DNA of 64,000 bases from Octopus vulgaris (taxonomy: Eukaryota): contig OX597814.1 of the NCBI GenBank assembly GCA_951406725.2, positions 164,362,001 through 164,426,000 of the forward strand, written 5' to 3'. Under the pieces are notes generated by a model. That model made no database searches. It was not told the origin of the DNA and saw only the letters and a program-made list of their open reading frames with translations. This document shows, piece by piece, positions 50,972 to 64,000 of the stretch. The stretch's first letter is position 1; every line of letters starts with the position of its first letter. The position numbers and the translations under genes are program-made.

Positions 50972-51559
50972 CTCTTTGTCGCAAACTCTTTCTTCGTTTT
51001 CACATAAAGTAGAAGTGTCCGAATAAGTTACATCGATGGCAGAATGTGATTCAGTCTTTACTTCTATTTGTACATCTTCATCTCCCTGGCCGATAGCTGC
51101 TATTTTGTCTCCAACAGGCAGATCTTTCGGTCTTACATCATTCCTTTCATTAGGTACTTTGTCTAGGTGTCCTAAACCTTCGGTGGACGTTTCTTCCGGT
51201 AAATCGGGTGTTATCACCGGAGCCTCTACAACACTCCCTCCAGTTTCACTTTGTTTCTCATCATAACCTTCGTCCCCACTTACACCTTCCTGACCATCAT
51301 CACCAGCTTCGTCATTAATATTTTCAAGGCTCTCGTTTTTTTTACCAGACAGGTTGCCAATTATACCACTGCCAAGGCGAGATCTCGGCGTGTCTAATGG
51401 GTCATAATTGAGGTTTTCAAACGAATCACTGGCTACCAACATCGATTCGTGCAAAGAAGCTGTGCCGGGTGCATCTGTTTCAAAGATGGACGGTGTGGTA
51501 ACCACCGAAGTATCCGATTCTTTATGGGGCGTTTGAACCCCATCATCAACATCAGCCAT
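50972..51559 (-). CDS. MON1: MON1 coding exon 1 (196 aa, acidic, probably disordered N-terminus)
   Basis: ATG at 51559; ORF ends GAG|gtaaat (phase 0), which matches exon 2; contains ESMLVASDSFENL, reminiscent of the conserved MON1 N-terminal motif. It is linked to exon 2 across an 18.5-kb intron by phase only. Confidence 0.8.
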
Positions 51560-51917
51560 TTTGGTTCCCAGGACCTATTATTACCTTCAGTCATTAAGAG
51601 CTAGCTCATCCAGAGTGATTTCCCTTTATATTTCTTTATTCCGTCACATACTTTCGAGATGGTCTGTCTTCATGCTTAATTGCGTGAGACTTATTATTTA
51701 GAACGAAGAACTTATGTTTTAAGAGAAATATTGTAACTTTCAGACCGCATCTGAGGAAATTAATGGCATAAGAGACGAGAAACTGTTTCAACTAAAACTC
51801 GAAATGTTTTAATCTTAGTTGACTTGACTCCTTCCATGTTGTGAGGATCAAAACGATTCCCACAAAGGTTTGAAAACTTATGCCTATGGGATTTTCACAT
51901 ATATACAATTATACATA

Positions 51918-52341
51918 GGTACTCAAGAAAAAGGGTGAACCCGCGCTAATCATTAAGCAAAGTGAAAATAAAATAAATTTTGAAATTGAAATAAAATGTT
52001 ATTCAAAAGTAAACCATTCCGAAAGATGTTTTAGAATGTTCTGAAAACATTCATTCAGTTTTGTGTGTGGAGTATCGAAAAATCTTTCCTTCCTTATATT
52101 TTATCTGGTTCATTTCCTTATTACAAAATGAGCATTTTGGTGTGATATAATTCAGCACTTTCTTCTCCTTTAGAGATGAATATGCAGCATCAAAACTCTG
52201 AATGTATGGCAAAATATCGTAAAATATTTTAAATAACAATGAATCGAATTATATCGAAATGAATAACATTTTATTTCAATTTCAAAATTGTTTTTATTTT
52301 CACTTTCTTAATGATTAGCGCGGGTCCACTCCATGAATACC
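51918..52341 (-). mobile_element. Merlin-like non-autonomous DNA transposon upstream of MON1
   Basis: ~85-bp TIRs starting GGTA(C/T)TCA; perfect 9-bp TSD TTATACATA (51909-51917 and 52342-52350); internal CxxC peptide (KCSFCNKEM...GKIFR). Confidence 0.8.
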
Positions 52342-52744
52342 TTATACATATGTACGTACGCACGTACATAAATAAATACAAACACCCACCCATCACTAAT
52401 ATAAGAAACCTTCTTGTTTAGATATCTTACCACTAAAAATATTGTGTGCGCGCACACGCACATATACATATGTATCACGTGTGTGGATAGTGGGGAGTTG
52501 GGCGTGAGTGCGTGTATATACTGCTACTTGTTTCATTCATTTGACTGTGGCCATGCTGGAGTACTGCCTTTTAGTCGAAGAAATCGACGCCTGGACTTAA
52601 TTCTTTGTAAGCCTGGTGCTTAATTCTATCAGTTGCTTCTACTGAGCCGCTAAGTTACGGGGACGTAAATACAACATCGGTTGTCAAACGATGGGGGAGG
52701 AGGACAAATACAGGCACAAATGCGCACACATAAATATATAAATA

Positions 52745-52959
52745 CATATACATACATACATACATACATACATACATACATACATACATACATACATACA
52801 TACATGCATGCTGCATACATACATACATACATACACACACACATACATACATACATACATACATACGTACGTACATGCAGGCATGCATGCATACATACAT
52901 ACATACATACATACATACATACATACATACATGTATGCATGCATACATACATGCATACA

Positions 52960-52993
<34 letters not shown>

Positions 52994-53280
52994 CATACAT
53001 ACATACATACATGTATGCATGCATGCATGCATACATGCATACATACATACACACATACATACATACATACATACATGTATGCATGCATACATGCATACAT
53101 ACATACATTGCATACACACATACATACATACATACATACATACATACACACATACATACATACATACATACATGTATGCATGCATGCATATATACATACA
53201 TGCATACACACATACATACATACATACATACATACATACATACATACATACATACATACATACATACATACATACATACA

Positions 53281-53332
<52 letters not shown>
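52745..53332. repeat. Long (TACA)n/(TGCA) microsatellite plus (TA)n
   Basis: Directly visible; it produces the spurious MYVC/HTYI ORFs. Confidence 0.98.
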
Positions 53333-53333
<1 letters not shown>

Positions 53334-53589
53334 TGTAGATAAATTAAGAAATGGAGTTAAATGCAGGTGCTATTCAAATCTTTATACTTGCAACATATGT
53401 TTCAAAGAAAATAAGGTACCATGCAGCAGGACTGCACCTTGAACCATGTGGTTGGGAAGCAAGCTTCTTAGCACACAGCCACACCTGCAGCCATACATTG
53501 TGGGTAAAGCATAAATCCAAAAAAGAAGCACACTCTAAGTTATAGAGCTGTATATAATATAAATAAAGTTAAATAAAGTCAGTTTGGTA

Positions 53590-54950
53590 ATAGTAATAAT
53601 AATAATGAAATTATTGTATACAGTGCTCAGGTGCACCACAACTTTTCAAAAGTGTGTATAAAGCATATGCAGTAATGTACAAATGTCTGGGAAGTGAACA
53701 GTGTATGAGTCAGATACATGCTTGCATGTGTATGGAGGGGAGAAAATCACGTGTAGTGTTGGCAAATCTCAGGAAGCATGGAAGTTTTGAAGGATGCAGT
53801 GCTCCGACAACTAACAATTAATGCCAGCAGTTTGTTCCATACTTCAGCAACGCTTAGTGTGAAAAAATGTTTCCAAAAGTCATGGGAGCTGTGCTGTTTT
53901 CTGACTTTGTAAACATGTCCATGGGTGTTATACAGGTGGAGTTTGAAAAGGTGCTCAGAGTTATTGTTTGTAAGATGGTTGATAATTTTATGGTTGTCTG
54001 CCAAGTCAGCTGTCAGACGTCGGAGTTTCAATGTATCCATGCCCAGGGAAGTAAGGCGTTCAGAATATGGCAAATGCCTGCTGGAGGGTATTCTCTTGGC
54101 TGCATGTCGCTGAACGGCTTCCAGACAATTAATATCCAGGGCAAGATAGGGGTTCCAGACTGGTGATGCAAATTCCAGGTGAGGTTGCACCATAGCTATA
54201 TAAAGCCGCAGATAGATAGCTGGAGTGCGGCTCACAAAGGACTTGGTTAGTGATGCCAAGACACCCTCAGCCTTCTTGGCAATTTTAGCAATGTGTTTTG
54301 TCCAATGCAAATCGCTGTCGACAATAATGCCCAGGTCACGTTCACAAGAAGACTTTTTGAGATTAGTGTTGTGGAGGGAGTAAGTAGACACTGGGTTTTC
54401 CCTCCCAAAATGTATAGTGGTATATTTGTCCACAGCCAGCTGGAGTTGCCAGTCTATGATCCACTGCTGCATTGTGTCTAGGTCTGATTGCAATAAAGAT
54501 CTATAGAGTACAGGATCTGACCTCTTTATTTCAAGGTACAACTTGGTGTCATCTGCATATTTCAGCACTGTGGCATTCTTTAAGTTGGCATCTGTGTCAT
54601 AAAAGGGGGCCAAGAACTGATCCCTGTGGCACACCAGATGTCATTTCATAGGGTGAAGATTGCTGTCCTAGAACTGTGACAACCGCTTTTCGGCCGATAA
54701 TGAAGGACTTCAACCAGTTATAGAGATCATCTCACACCCATTGCAGAGAGTTTCACCATAAGTCTTTTGTGTGGTACAGAATTAAAAGCCTTAGCAAAGT
54801 CCAGGTAAACAACATCCACCCAGGATCTGCGATCAGTGATTTGGTTAATGTCCTCAAGAGACTCGATGAGTTGATTACAGCAGCTGGAGTTAGGAATAAA
54901 TCCAAATTGTGATGGCTGGATGAGGCTGTGAAACTTCCAGAAGTTCCTGA
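53590..54950 (-). mobile_element. 5'-truncated CR1-type LINE (RT domain, frameshifted)
   Basis: QFGF, VDVVYLDFAKAFNSVPHKRL, KYADDTKL, ERDLGIIVD and LEFASPVWNPY motifs; (ATT)n tail. Confidence 0.95.
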
Positions 54951-55417
54951 GGTTTATGGTATAGCTCTGGGTTTCACATCTATAAAGCATTTAGCTTTAC
55001 ACTGTATCATCAGATCCCAAAACCTGCTGGCTTACAGCTTCTCTAGCAAGTCTTTTCTGGAGCTAGAGGGCTTACAGAATTTTAGTTTGGGAATGATGTC
55101 CTGTAGGTCAGCTTTGAATGGCTCGAGGCCCTTGATGCTTGGGTGAGTATTTGCTAGATTTGATTTCATAGGTGTTGCTCTCCAGGAATGTTGTGGCTAA
55201 GTTGTGGTAGAAAGCTTTCCATCTCATTCACCATCATTTTTCATTTCCATCTCATTCACCATCATTTTTCATTTCCATCTCAATCACCATCCATCATTTT
55301 TAGCAGCATTTGGGTGTACAGTTAGAGAGGCCTTAAACCAACAAGTTTTGGGATCTGATGATATGCCATAAAGATAAACGTTTTATGGACATGAAACTCA
55401 GAGTAATCCCATAAACC
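54951..55417. mobile_element. Foldback or MITE-like element with ~95-bp diverged inverted arms
   Basis: 54951-55046 is an imperfect reverse complement of 55321-55417; a ~28-bp unit is repeated three times inside (55218-55300); no TSD seen. Confidence 0.6.
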
Positions 55418-55445
55418 AGTCTTATCTAACTTTATTTATATCAAA

Positions 55446-55476
55446 TTATATTATATTATATTATATTATATTATAT

Positions 55477-55544
<68 letters not shown>

Positions 55545-55789
55545 GTATATCTATTTATCTGTCTATATACATACATACATACATACAAACATACATACAT
55601 ACGTACATACATACATACATACATACATACATAAGGCTACAGATCCAATCCTCACTGGAGCTGTAAAAATCTGTAAAACTTTCCAGTCTAGATATGTAAC
55701 TCTATGCATGAGAGTTTATACATAAAACACAAATCTGCACATACATACATGCATACATACATACATACATACATACATACATACATACA

Positions 55790-55821
<32 letters not shown>

Positions 55822-55822
55822 C
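55446..55822. repeat. (TATTA)n, (TA)n and (TACA)n microsatellites
   Basis: Directly visible. Confidence 0.95.
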
Positions 55823-56199
55823 ATCTATCTTTCCATCTATCGATCTATAGATAAATAGAGAGGGATACATGTGTTCATTTATTGGAATTCATGGCATGTT
55901 TTTATGTGCAAAATCTATTGGGAAATTTTTTTCTTCAAGATGAAATCCTATAGCGAATGCCTTTCATGTTCTTGTGATTAGGAACATGCTAAAAACTAGT
56001 TTTTAAAAAATCTAAGCTGACTTGTGTGTCCATACTAAATTAATTCCAGGTTGGTAAATCTCAGCACACACCAACAAATGGTTTGTTGTTTTCTATAAAA
56101 GAACAAAAGTATAAGCCTAAATCCAAATGACTAGGGTGGTGTGTGCCACTGAATAGGCAAAATTTTGATGAAAGTCTGAGTCTCATAGTCTGCTAACAT

Positions 56200-57520
56200 C
56201 ATTTGGTGCATGGCTTCATGTATTTTAACACACAGAGTCTATAGGTTGATGCTGAAATGCTTAAAATATATGGTGGGGTCTGTTATAGGCTTGTCATCTG
56301 GATAGTCAATCAGCCTGTAGAGGAAGCTGTCATAACCAATGACTAGTATAGCAATATCATAATCAACTTTTACTCTTGGTAAAGGAAGTGCCTTAGGGAG
56401 AAGTAATTACAGCAATATCAAATTTCTGGACCAGGTCATGAAAGTTATAGAAAGAGTTATTGCTCAATTAATAGGTGCAGTGGTTCCCAAACTATGAGTC
56501 ATAACCTACAGATGGGTCACGAACGGAATCTTAGTGGGTTGCAAAAAGTTATAAAATTATGTATTAGCTTTGATTAACTGCTGTCTATCGAGATAGTTCA
56601 AGACTTGTATTTTCGATACCAGACTTGTTGTTTTATCAAGCAGTAGGCTTTTTCGCGAACTTAACAAATCAGAGGTTGTCATTTTCTCATACCCAATCAT
56701 TTCCACCGAAACATTAAATGTACTTCTCCCTTTCATGTCATCTTATATTTGTGAAGCTGGATTTTCAGCAATGGTTGGGATTAAAAGCAAATATCGAAAT
56801 AAACTGCAGCTCTCAAATTCTTTATGCTTGAAACTATCACGCATTGAACCTGATGTTAATTCTATTATTGAGCGTAGCAAGAAACAGGCTCATCCTTCTC
56901 ACAGGCCTCACTGAAGATGTAATCTGAAATAAATTTGTTAATTTCATTAATGTTTTTACTCAGTAGAGTTAAGTGGGTCATCATAAACTGGTGTAATAAA
57001 TAGTGGGTCTCAACGCTAAAAAATGTGGGAACCACTGAATTAGTGTGTTAATGTACTTGGCATACAGCTTGATTTCTTACCAGAAAGAACTACTACTGAT
57101 GCCATATTGCTACTGAGACAACTACAGTTCTGAAGAGTAAGTCACTGTGACTAGTATTCAATGACTTGGAGAAAGTCTTTGATCAAGACCCTTGCTCTGT
57201 AATCTTGTGGTTGGTGAAGAAGCTAGAGTTGACAGATGGCTTGTGGCAGCCATACAAGCCATGTACAGAGGTGCCGTCAGCAAGGTGAGAGTTTGCAATG
57301 AGTACAGCAATGAAATTAACTTGCAGGCAGGGATCTACTGTGGCCCAATGCTCCCTTCTATTTATCATAGTCCTCAAGGTTATAACAGGGAATTTTGAGA
57401 CTAGCTGCCAGAAGGAACCCCTGTATCCTGATGACATTGTATTAATAGCCGAATCTGCAGTAGGATTAACAGAAAAGTTCCAAGCATGGAAACAAAATCT
57501 GGAGTCAAAAGTACACAAAC
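56200..57520 (+). mobile_element. Old RTE RT fragment split by a hAT insertion
   Basis: GKGSA...NY..IKFLDQVMKVIERVI, then FLPERTTTDAI, DLEKVFD and LYPDDIVLIAES. Confidence 0.8.
56478..57037 (+). mobile_element. hAT/Charlie-type deletion derivative with dimerisation-domain remnant
   Basis: TIRs CAGTGGTTCCCA and TGGGAACCACTG; imperfect TSD AATAGGTG/AATTAGTG; LLPFMSSYICEAGFSAMVGIKSKYRNKL...QAHPSH. Confidence 0.88.
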
Positions 57521-58049
57521 AGGACTTTGCTTCCTTCAGAGAAATGATCTTGCTTCTGTCACTATTCAGCTTTGTTCACCTTCTTAGTTATATTGCCTTA
57601 AGGGTATGCTCAGTCTGGCCTCTTTTTCTGGAACAATTTCATTCATTTTCCTTCATCCACATATAATGTAGGATACTCTTGAATCTCTTACTCAGTCTTC
57701 CTCACTCTTCCCTTTTTCACTCTCTGCTTGTCTCTCACTAGCCTTAACACTACTTTTTCTCCTTCTCTTCTATTACTTTCTTTCCTGACATTGTCTCTGT
57801 TAGTTTCTTCACTAACACCTTCTCATAACTAATTTCCAAGATTTTCTCCTAAAGCTTCTGAATAGGAAGCAACTATGTATTTTCTCTTCCAATGAAATAT
57901 TTAAGTGGTCACACATCAAGGAGACATCAGGTGAATGCATTATTTTCTTTGTGTTTTGTACTTTAGGCTTCTCATAAATCTTTTACAAATTAACATCATC
58001 ACAACCACTAAAGGTAGAAGAAAACAAAGGAATCCTCTTTAAACATACT

Positions 58050-58650
58050 TTTTCATTTATGTTATACTTTTCAACAGCTTTTTTTCCTATATTTTCTTAA
58101 GTTTTATGAACACAATTCCTATCCAATCTGCCTAAATATATTCTCCTTGCATCTCTTTGATTCTCCAAAAATTCCTGATCATAAGATTTTTGCAAATCAT
58201 TCTCTGTTTGTGTTCTTATTTGTTCGACTCCATCATGTGTAACCATATCGAAGAAGCTACCAAGTTTTCTAAGATTAGTCAAATGCTCATGATAAGTATG
58301 TTTATCATTGTAACCAATTCATCTGATTTATTCATTAATTTATATTTTTAATGAATCCAAGTTTATCTAATATCTTGAGGAAGGATATTTATTACATCCC
58401 AATGTTCTATAACTTTATTTAACACAACATACAACGCATTTCTTTGATTTTCTTACTTAAGTTCATATGGAAAGTTCTTAAACACAGAAAGTTCTTAAAA
58501 ACTCAATCATTTCTGGGTAGCAGACTTCCTGGTTTGCAGGCAATTTCCTTTTTAAGTCTTCCTACAATTTCACTTGCAAGGTAATTTTTTTCTATAAAAT
58601 CTGGTTTGCAAATTTTATGGTGTAAAAAAATTTGACCCGATGTATTTCTA
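58050..58650 (-). mobile_element. Possible Sola2-like transposase remnant
   Basis: DQEFLENQRDARRIYLGRLD and an upstream PGSLLP..VFKNF peptide resemble that family from memory; heavily decayed. Confidence 0.4.
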
Positions 58651-59199
58651 ATTTAACTGTTATCATATTATAATAACAGTAAAAAATAAAATTATAAGTT
58701 CCTACTAACAGTGTGATTATATCATAGAAGATTCAAAATAAATTTGAAATACAACAAAGTAAAATTCTTATTTATGAGAATTTGGATGATTAGTTTTTAA
58801 ATTTAACTTTAAAATACTTTAAAAATACATTGTTTTATATCAATTGAATTGTATTTTCCTTCCGTACAAAATGCAACAAACAAAATGAAAATTAGTTATA
58901 AATGAAAGAATTTACAGTTCTGAGAAGTTGGAAAGAAACTGATAAATTTGGCTTCTAGTTGGATGAAAACTTTGGCTTCCCTTGTAAGTAATCTAAATAC
59001 TGATCAGAGAATCCTGATATTTGACATGCATAGGTTTCTGGTGATTTGTCTTCACATAAAGAATAAAATAAAACTAAAATTTGAAAACTTTTTACTGAAT
59101 GATACTTCGTTACTTGTTGTTGATGTTGTTGTCTTATATCTACAAAATCCAATGCAGAACCCTGTTTTGCTCTTACGTCTTAATTTTTTTATAGTTTCC

Positions 59200-60430
59200 A
59201 CAGCTGGATGCACTTTCCGAAGTATTAGAAAAGATAGGAAGAGAGAGGCTAGTGCATCAGGTGGTCTGAGTGGAGATGCTATGCTGCTTGTTACCTCAGA
59301 GAAGTCAAAACCACTGAAGTTATAGTAGTAGAGGCATCACACTTGTAATTAAATGGATGTAGATTGTTGGTCAGTGAGTTTTTATCAATTAGTCAAATGG
59401 CCTTTTTTAACTTTTGGATGTCTTAGATGTTTTTGTAAAGCAGCACTGTTCTACATGTGTGGGCATCACTCTAATAAGGGTTGCACTTGAACTTTGTAGA
59501 GTGTAGGCAATTGATTAGGGTTAAAAATTTGTATTTCAGATTCTGAAGTAGAACACTAGTCATTAGAATACAATATGTTTTAAGTTAGGACCCTGTGAAA
59601 AATCGCCTGAGATGATGGGGTTTAACATTTGTGTTGATAACTACATAGAAATGTGCTTAGATAGAATTAACATAAAGCAGGTCTTTAATGTATGAACAGA
59701 CGGAAAAGCGTGTGACATAACTGTGGTATAGTCAGGGCTTGTTTTATGTATATGAACATGTTTATTGCTACATTAATAGAGAGTGTTCATGCAATACAAG
59801 AAAAGGAATATTCAGGTGAAAAGATGTACATTATAAGTGCAGAAAATCTTTGTCAGAAATTCACCATTTGGGGTAAGTTTACTCAACGGTACATATTCTT
59901 GTTGTGTTACCATGGTGTGTTTTATTCATCTATTGCGTCAGGTTGAATATGTAGCTGTGAAAACAGCTATGTGTCAAGAATGAACTTTACTGAGGACTGG
60001 AATCACTCTACAGTTTTTGTACTCAAATGAGCTGCATTTGTAGGCTCTGTTCACAGAAGGTTCAAGTCATCCTACCAGATTATCCAGTGAAAAAAGCCAC
60101 TGATTGAAATGAAATTGGGTTTGTGCACATGAACAACTTGTAATTACTATGTGACAAAATGTGGGGTCAAATCCAACTGTTATATAACTAAAGTTTGGGA
60201 ACTGGGTCAGACTGACTCTCACCAAGCTGTAAAAAAAAACTGACAAAAAATATGAGATATGAGAAATTTGTGGAGATAAAAACTGGGGAATTTTGCTAGA
60301 AAGTTCTCATAAACATAATTGAAAGATTTGCTGATATCAAGAGCAATAATGTTTCTTTTGCCAATATTTGACTGTTGAGAGACCACTGGAGTGTCACATA
60401 GGCAAATGGGTCTGTAAGAGCATCTGGCCA
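59200..60430 (-). mobile_element. Old CR1/Jockey-group LINE RT remnants
   Basis: IIALDISKSF at ~60350 and LYKVQVQPLLE at ~59500. Confidence 0.55.
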
Positions 60431-62314
60431 TAGAAAATCTCCCTTGATGAATTCCCTTTGACCCATTCAAGCATGGAACACTGGATTTTAAAAATACAGG
60501 AGTGATGATAATATTTTATTGTATATATAAATGTGTGTGTGCATGCACACCCATATAGATGTGTAGTGAAGAAGATCAAATCCCAAAGACATGGTTTTGA
60601 GTTCAGTTCTACTGTGTGGACCTTCAGCAAGTATCTTATGTTATACTCTAGGGATGATGATAGTCTTGTGAGTGAATATGGTAGATGCAGTCTGAAAGAA
60701 GCCCATGTGGTCTTTGTTATATCTAGCTCAATGGAAATTACATTGGTGGTCACTGAGGAGGAAGCAGGATGCAAGATTATAAATGAAGTCAATGTTTTTT
60801 ACTGTATTCATCATCTCTGAAGTTTTATATGTGAGGAGCAACTGAGGAATTGCAAGTTTACATAAACTGATGTAAACTGTTCTAATATAAAAAAAAAAGG
60901 CAAAGAGTTTTACTAAAATAGAATGTTGTTTGGCAGTAAGCAGTTTTAGCATAATAATGTGAGTGCTGCTAGGACTATGGACTTATTGGGTTGTAATGAT
61001 CAGAAATTTTGCACTGGGTTATGGTGTTTACCTACTGGTAAGGTAGACAGGGGTGAGAAGGAGAGTTTGAAATGAGTTTTGTTGTGTGTGCTGTATAGGG
61101 TTGAAAGTAAGATGTACATGAGTTGGGGTTATGTCATTACCAGGAGTGCTATTTATATATTTACACCATGCTTGACAAGTGGCAAGTAGGAGAGTTTTGT
61201 AAGCTCTTCACAAAAGATAGGAAGGCCAGGTCATGTTGTTTAGACACAGGTCAAACCTAATTGAACAAGACTTCTGAAGAAAGGCATTCTTTTTAGGGAT
61301 TTCTGGGACTGCATATTTAATGTGTTCTTTCCTTATTTAAGATTGTAGGATGTAAATTCAAGAGTGATTTGGTTACTATTTCTATCGTACTGATTACCAC
61401 ATAGAGGCCACCACGTTGTTTTATGTAGGCCATGTAATATACAAAGGTACTACTTGTTTTTCTGATAGTTGTTTAGGTTCTGTAGTGGTGAGTAAACACT
61501 TGGTTGGTGAAAGTTTTGTACAGCTGAAAATGAAACAGCTGATGGGTTTGGAATTGGAAGCTACTTGTATGTTTGTGTAAAGGATAGAGAGGGTTGTGTA
61601 AAGGATAAGAAGGTGTGATCAGTCACTTTACTAGCTGTCTCAGGAATCTGAAGTCATCAGAGATCTTGTAAAGCTCTGACTAGTTAGCTAACTTGATGTA
61701 CATCAATAACAGGAGTTAGAGAATGTCATGATACATGTTTTAATTTGGCAGTTTTGAATGATTTCATGAGAGCAGAAATGATGATGGTAGAGTAAGGCTG
61801 AGAGGTAATAATATAATTTCCTTTAATTTTTCTCATGTAAAAATTTTACCAACTCCACAAATGTATCTAAATTGCATTATATATGGCATGTAAAAGTAAT
61901 TGAAAGGTACAAAGTATGTAAAGAATTTTTAACTTTTCACAAAATGAAGCATTTTAAAGTAGAGTGTTAAGAATGATAAGAGTAGTACATTTTAATTAGT
62001 TCATTCATTACTATCATCCACCATTACCATTTAATTTATGGTTGAGTTAACAGATGATTAGTCCTGATCAACTAGGTATATGGTCAAAAACATTTTACCA
62101 TGATCATTTTTTACTCATGCTTAATGAATAATGAACTACATTATCCAATCTTTTCTTCCTTTTTCTAAAAGTAAGATATAATTTTAGAAAGTTTGGGCTC
62201 TTAATTTTAACTGGTTGAGTCACCATTTAGAAGTTTCCTTACTGGTTTGTATATTTATGATTTTGGAGTAGAACATTATGGCTCTCATACTTTATAAGAA
62301 ATATTTTCTATAAA

Positions 62315-62652
62315 TATTTCATTTTTGGATTTGGTTTGCAAGATTCTTTATATGAGTTCGTGTGTTGAAGCATGTTCTGTTATGTCTGAGGAGAGTCATT
62401 TTCTTTTTGTGCCTTATAATGTAACACACTCACCAGTATAATTTCCACTTATTTCTTATTTCTATTTTCCTTAACTTTTCGTTGCGTCTTGCAACCTTTT
62501 CAATAGTTTTGACTCTCAAAACTATTGAAAAGGTTGCAAGACACAACGAAAAGTTTAGGAAAATAAAAATAAGAAATAAATGGAAATTATACTGGTGAGT
62601 GTGTTACATTATAAGGCACAAAAAGAAAATGACTCTCACCAGACATAACAAA
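62315..62652. mobile_element. Palindromic insertion with 135-bp arms, possibly an inverted Penelope-type terminal repeat
   Basis: Arms 62378-62512 and 62516-62650 are nearly perfect; 12-bp direct repeat ATTTTCTATAAA at 62303-62314 and 62653-62664. Confidence 0.8.
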
Positions 62653-64000
62653 ATTTTCTATAAAGTTTCCTTATATTTCTTGCTTTGCTGGATATTTATT
62701 AATAGAGTGGTTCTCTTCTACATGTGCTCTTTAGAAATGGCAGTTATGGAAAAAATATGGTGACTGTTATCAGTTATTGAGATAGAGAAATTGTCACATC
62801 CTCTTTTTGACAAACTCCATGTTTTGACAAAGTTAGGTGTTTCTTTCTTTCTTATTTCTCATGGTAAACATGTGGCTGAGAAAACTGCTCTTTGCGCTGT
62901 CTTCATAATATAACTTTTATTCTTCTTTGAGCTACCTGCTACCCACTACTCACTTGTAATGTTACTGTAGCTTTATATACAATTGTTTTACTTGAGCATC
63001 TGCCATTAATCAAATATTACTTTTTGTGACAAATTGACAGTGCCATTAGAGCTTTAGGCAGGATGCTTTGTGGTATTTGTTTCAGCTCTCCTCACTTTGA
63101 GTTCAAATAACACCCAAGGTCAACTTTGCCTTTAATCCTTTCAGAATCAATAAAAATGTGCTGATCTAAGTAGTGGTTTATGAAACTAAAAATGTCAGAC
63201 TGGATGCTTTACATTTTATGTTCAAATCTTACCTTAGCCTCCTTGACTGGTTGACTTAACCATTTTCTCTCCATCTTTTGTGGAGTTCACTATGTTGCAG
63301 GCATTTGGGTTAAGTTTCCAATTTGAGAGTACCTTCCTCTTTCCCACCAGTCTTGGAGTTCTTGTAATGAATCAAAGACACCACTTACTTCCTGACTAAA
63401 CATTAAAAAGTCTTGAAATCACATACAGGCTTGATGTAGTTGTTTGATACAAAAACCAATGTCACATACTATTGTAGAGTTCAGCTTCCTAATGGAAGTC
63501 AACAATTCATTCACACTTACCTGTATCAGTTTTATATAACCTGTCATTAACACCTATCCTGTGTTATCTTTCCTTGGCATGTGTGAATCCTGACAAATTT
63601 ACCAAGCCTATATCATCATTATCCATTCTGTGCCATCCCTGCTGAGCATGTATCTACCTTACCATATCAGTCATCTTTGATGCATAGAGCTAACCAACTT
63701 AAGACAGTCATTATAAAAGTTTTCTTGCACTCAATTTTACCTAAGTTCTTTTCCTACTTGCAACAGATCTTTCATATGCTTCATTCCATGATATTTCTCA
63801 TGTAACTCTCTTGGGCAATAATCCCATGCAGATCATTCAATTAACCTCAAATTTTAGACTCAGTGTCATTAAAAATTCTGCATCTCCTTTTAACAAAATT
63901 TAACTTTATTCCTTCCATGATCTTCATTCTAATATTTTCCCTGATCCTTCTGACTGTGTATATTTTACTTGATTCTCTCTGTATTCAGTAACTTCTTGTG

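Larger units (their letters stand above)
16008..51559 (-). other. MON1: MON1 gene span, start codon to stop codon; 7 coding exons, 658 aa
   Basis: Exons splice in compatible phases (0,2,0,2,0,0) into one ORF with MON1 longin-domain motifs [55 protein letters not shown] and FELYAVFGPL..KLLRWIKKEE. Confidence 0.95.

Noticed and set aside
52650-53442. Six long ORFs (155-253 aa) of MYVC/HTYI repeats
   Set aside because: They are translations of a (TACA)n microsatellite, which lacks stop codons in most frames.

Overview
AT-rich, repeat-dense animal genomic DNA. The SINE/RTE repertoire looks like an octopus-type cephalopod; that is inference from pattern recognition, not a database hit. One clear host gene is present: MON1 (Rab7-GEF subunit, vacuolar fusion protein MON1 homolog) on the minus strand. 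It has 7 coding exons (51559-50972, 32479-32253, 27859-27418, 25272-25097, 20746-20626, 19581-19300, 16148-16008), all with GT-AG introns and compatible phases, giving 1977 nt or 658 aa. Two possible exons of an unrecognised plus-strand gene lie at 923-1316 and 5004-5114. The rest is mostly transposon debris: three tRNA-derived SINE families, RTE, CR1, L1/Tx1 and R4/Dong LINE pieces, a decayed Ty3/Gypsy element, Penelope-like remnants, three Helitrons, hAT, piggyBac, mariner and Merlin-like TIR elements, and microsatellites. The most unusual structures are (i) a tRNA-headed unit carrying a minimal hammerhead-ribozyme motif directly upstream of a Penelope RT fragment that is fused in frame to a Gypsy RNase H (47.6-48.4 kb), (ii) a ~490-bp direct duplication exactly flanking an RTE insertion, (iii) TIR elements carrying (TTAGGG)n cargo, and (iv) a Merlin-like element with a perfect 9-bp TSD next to the MON1 start. 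All coordinates were counted by eye, and repeat boundaries without a TSD are approximate.
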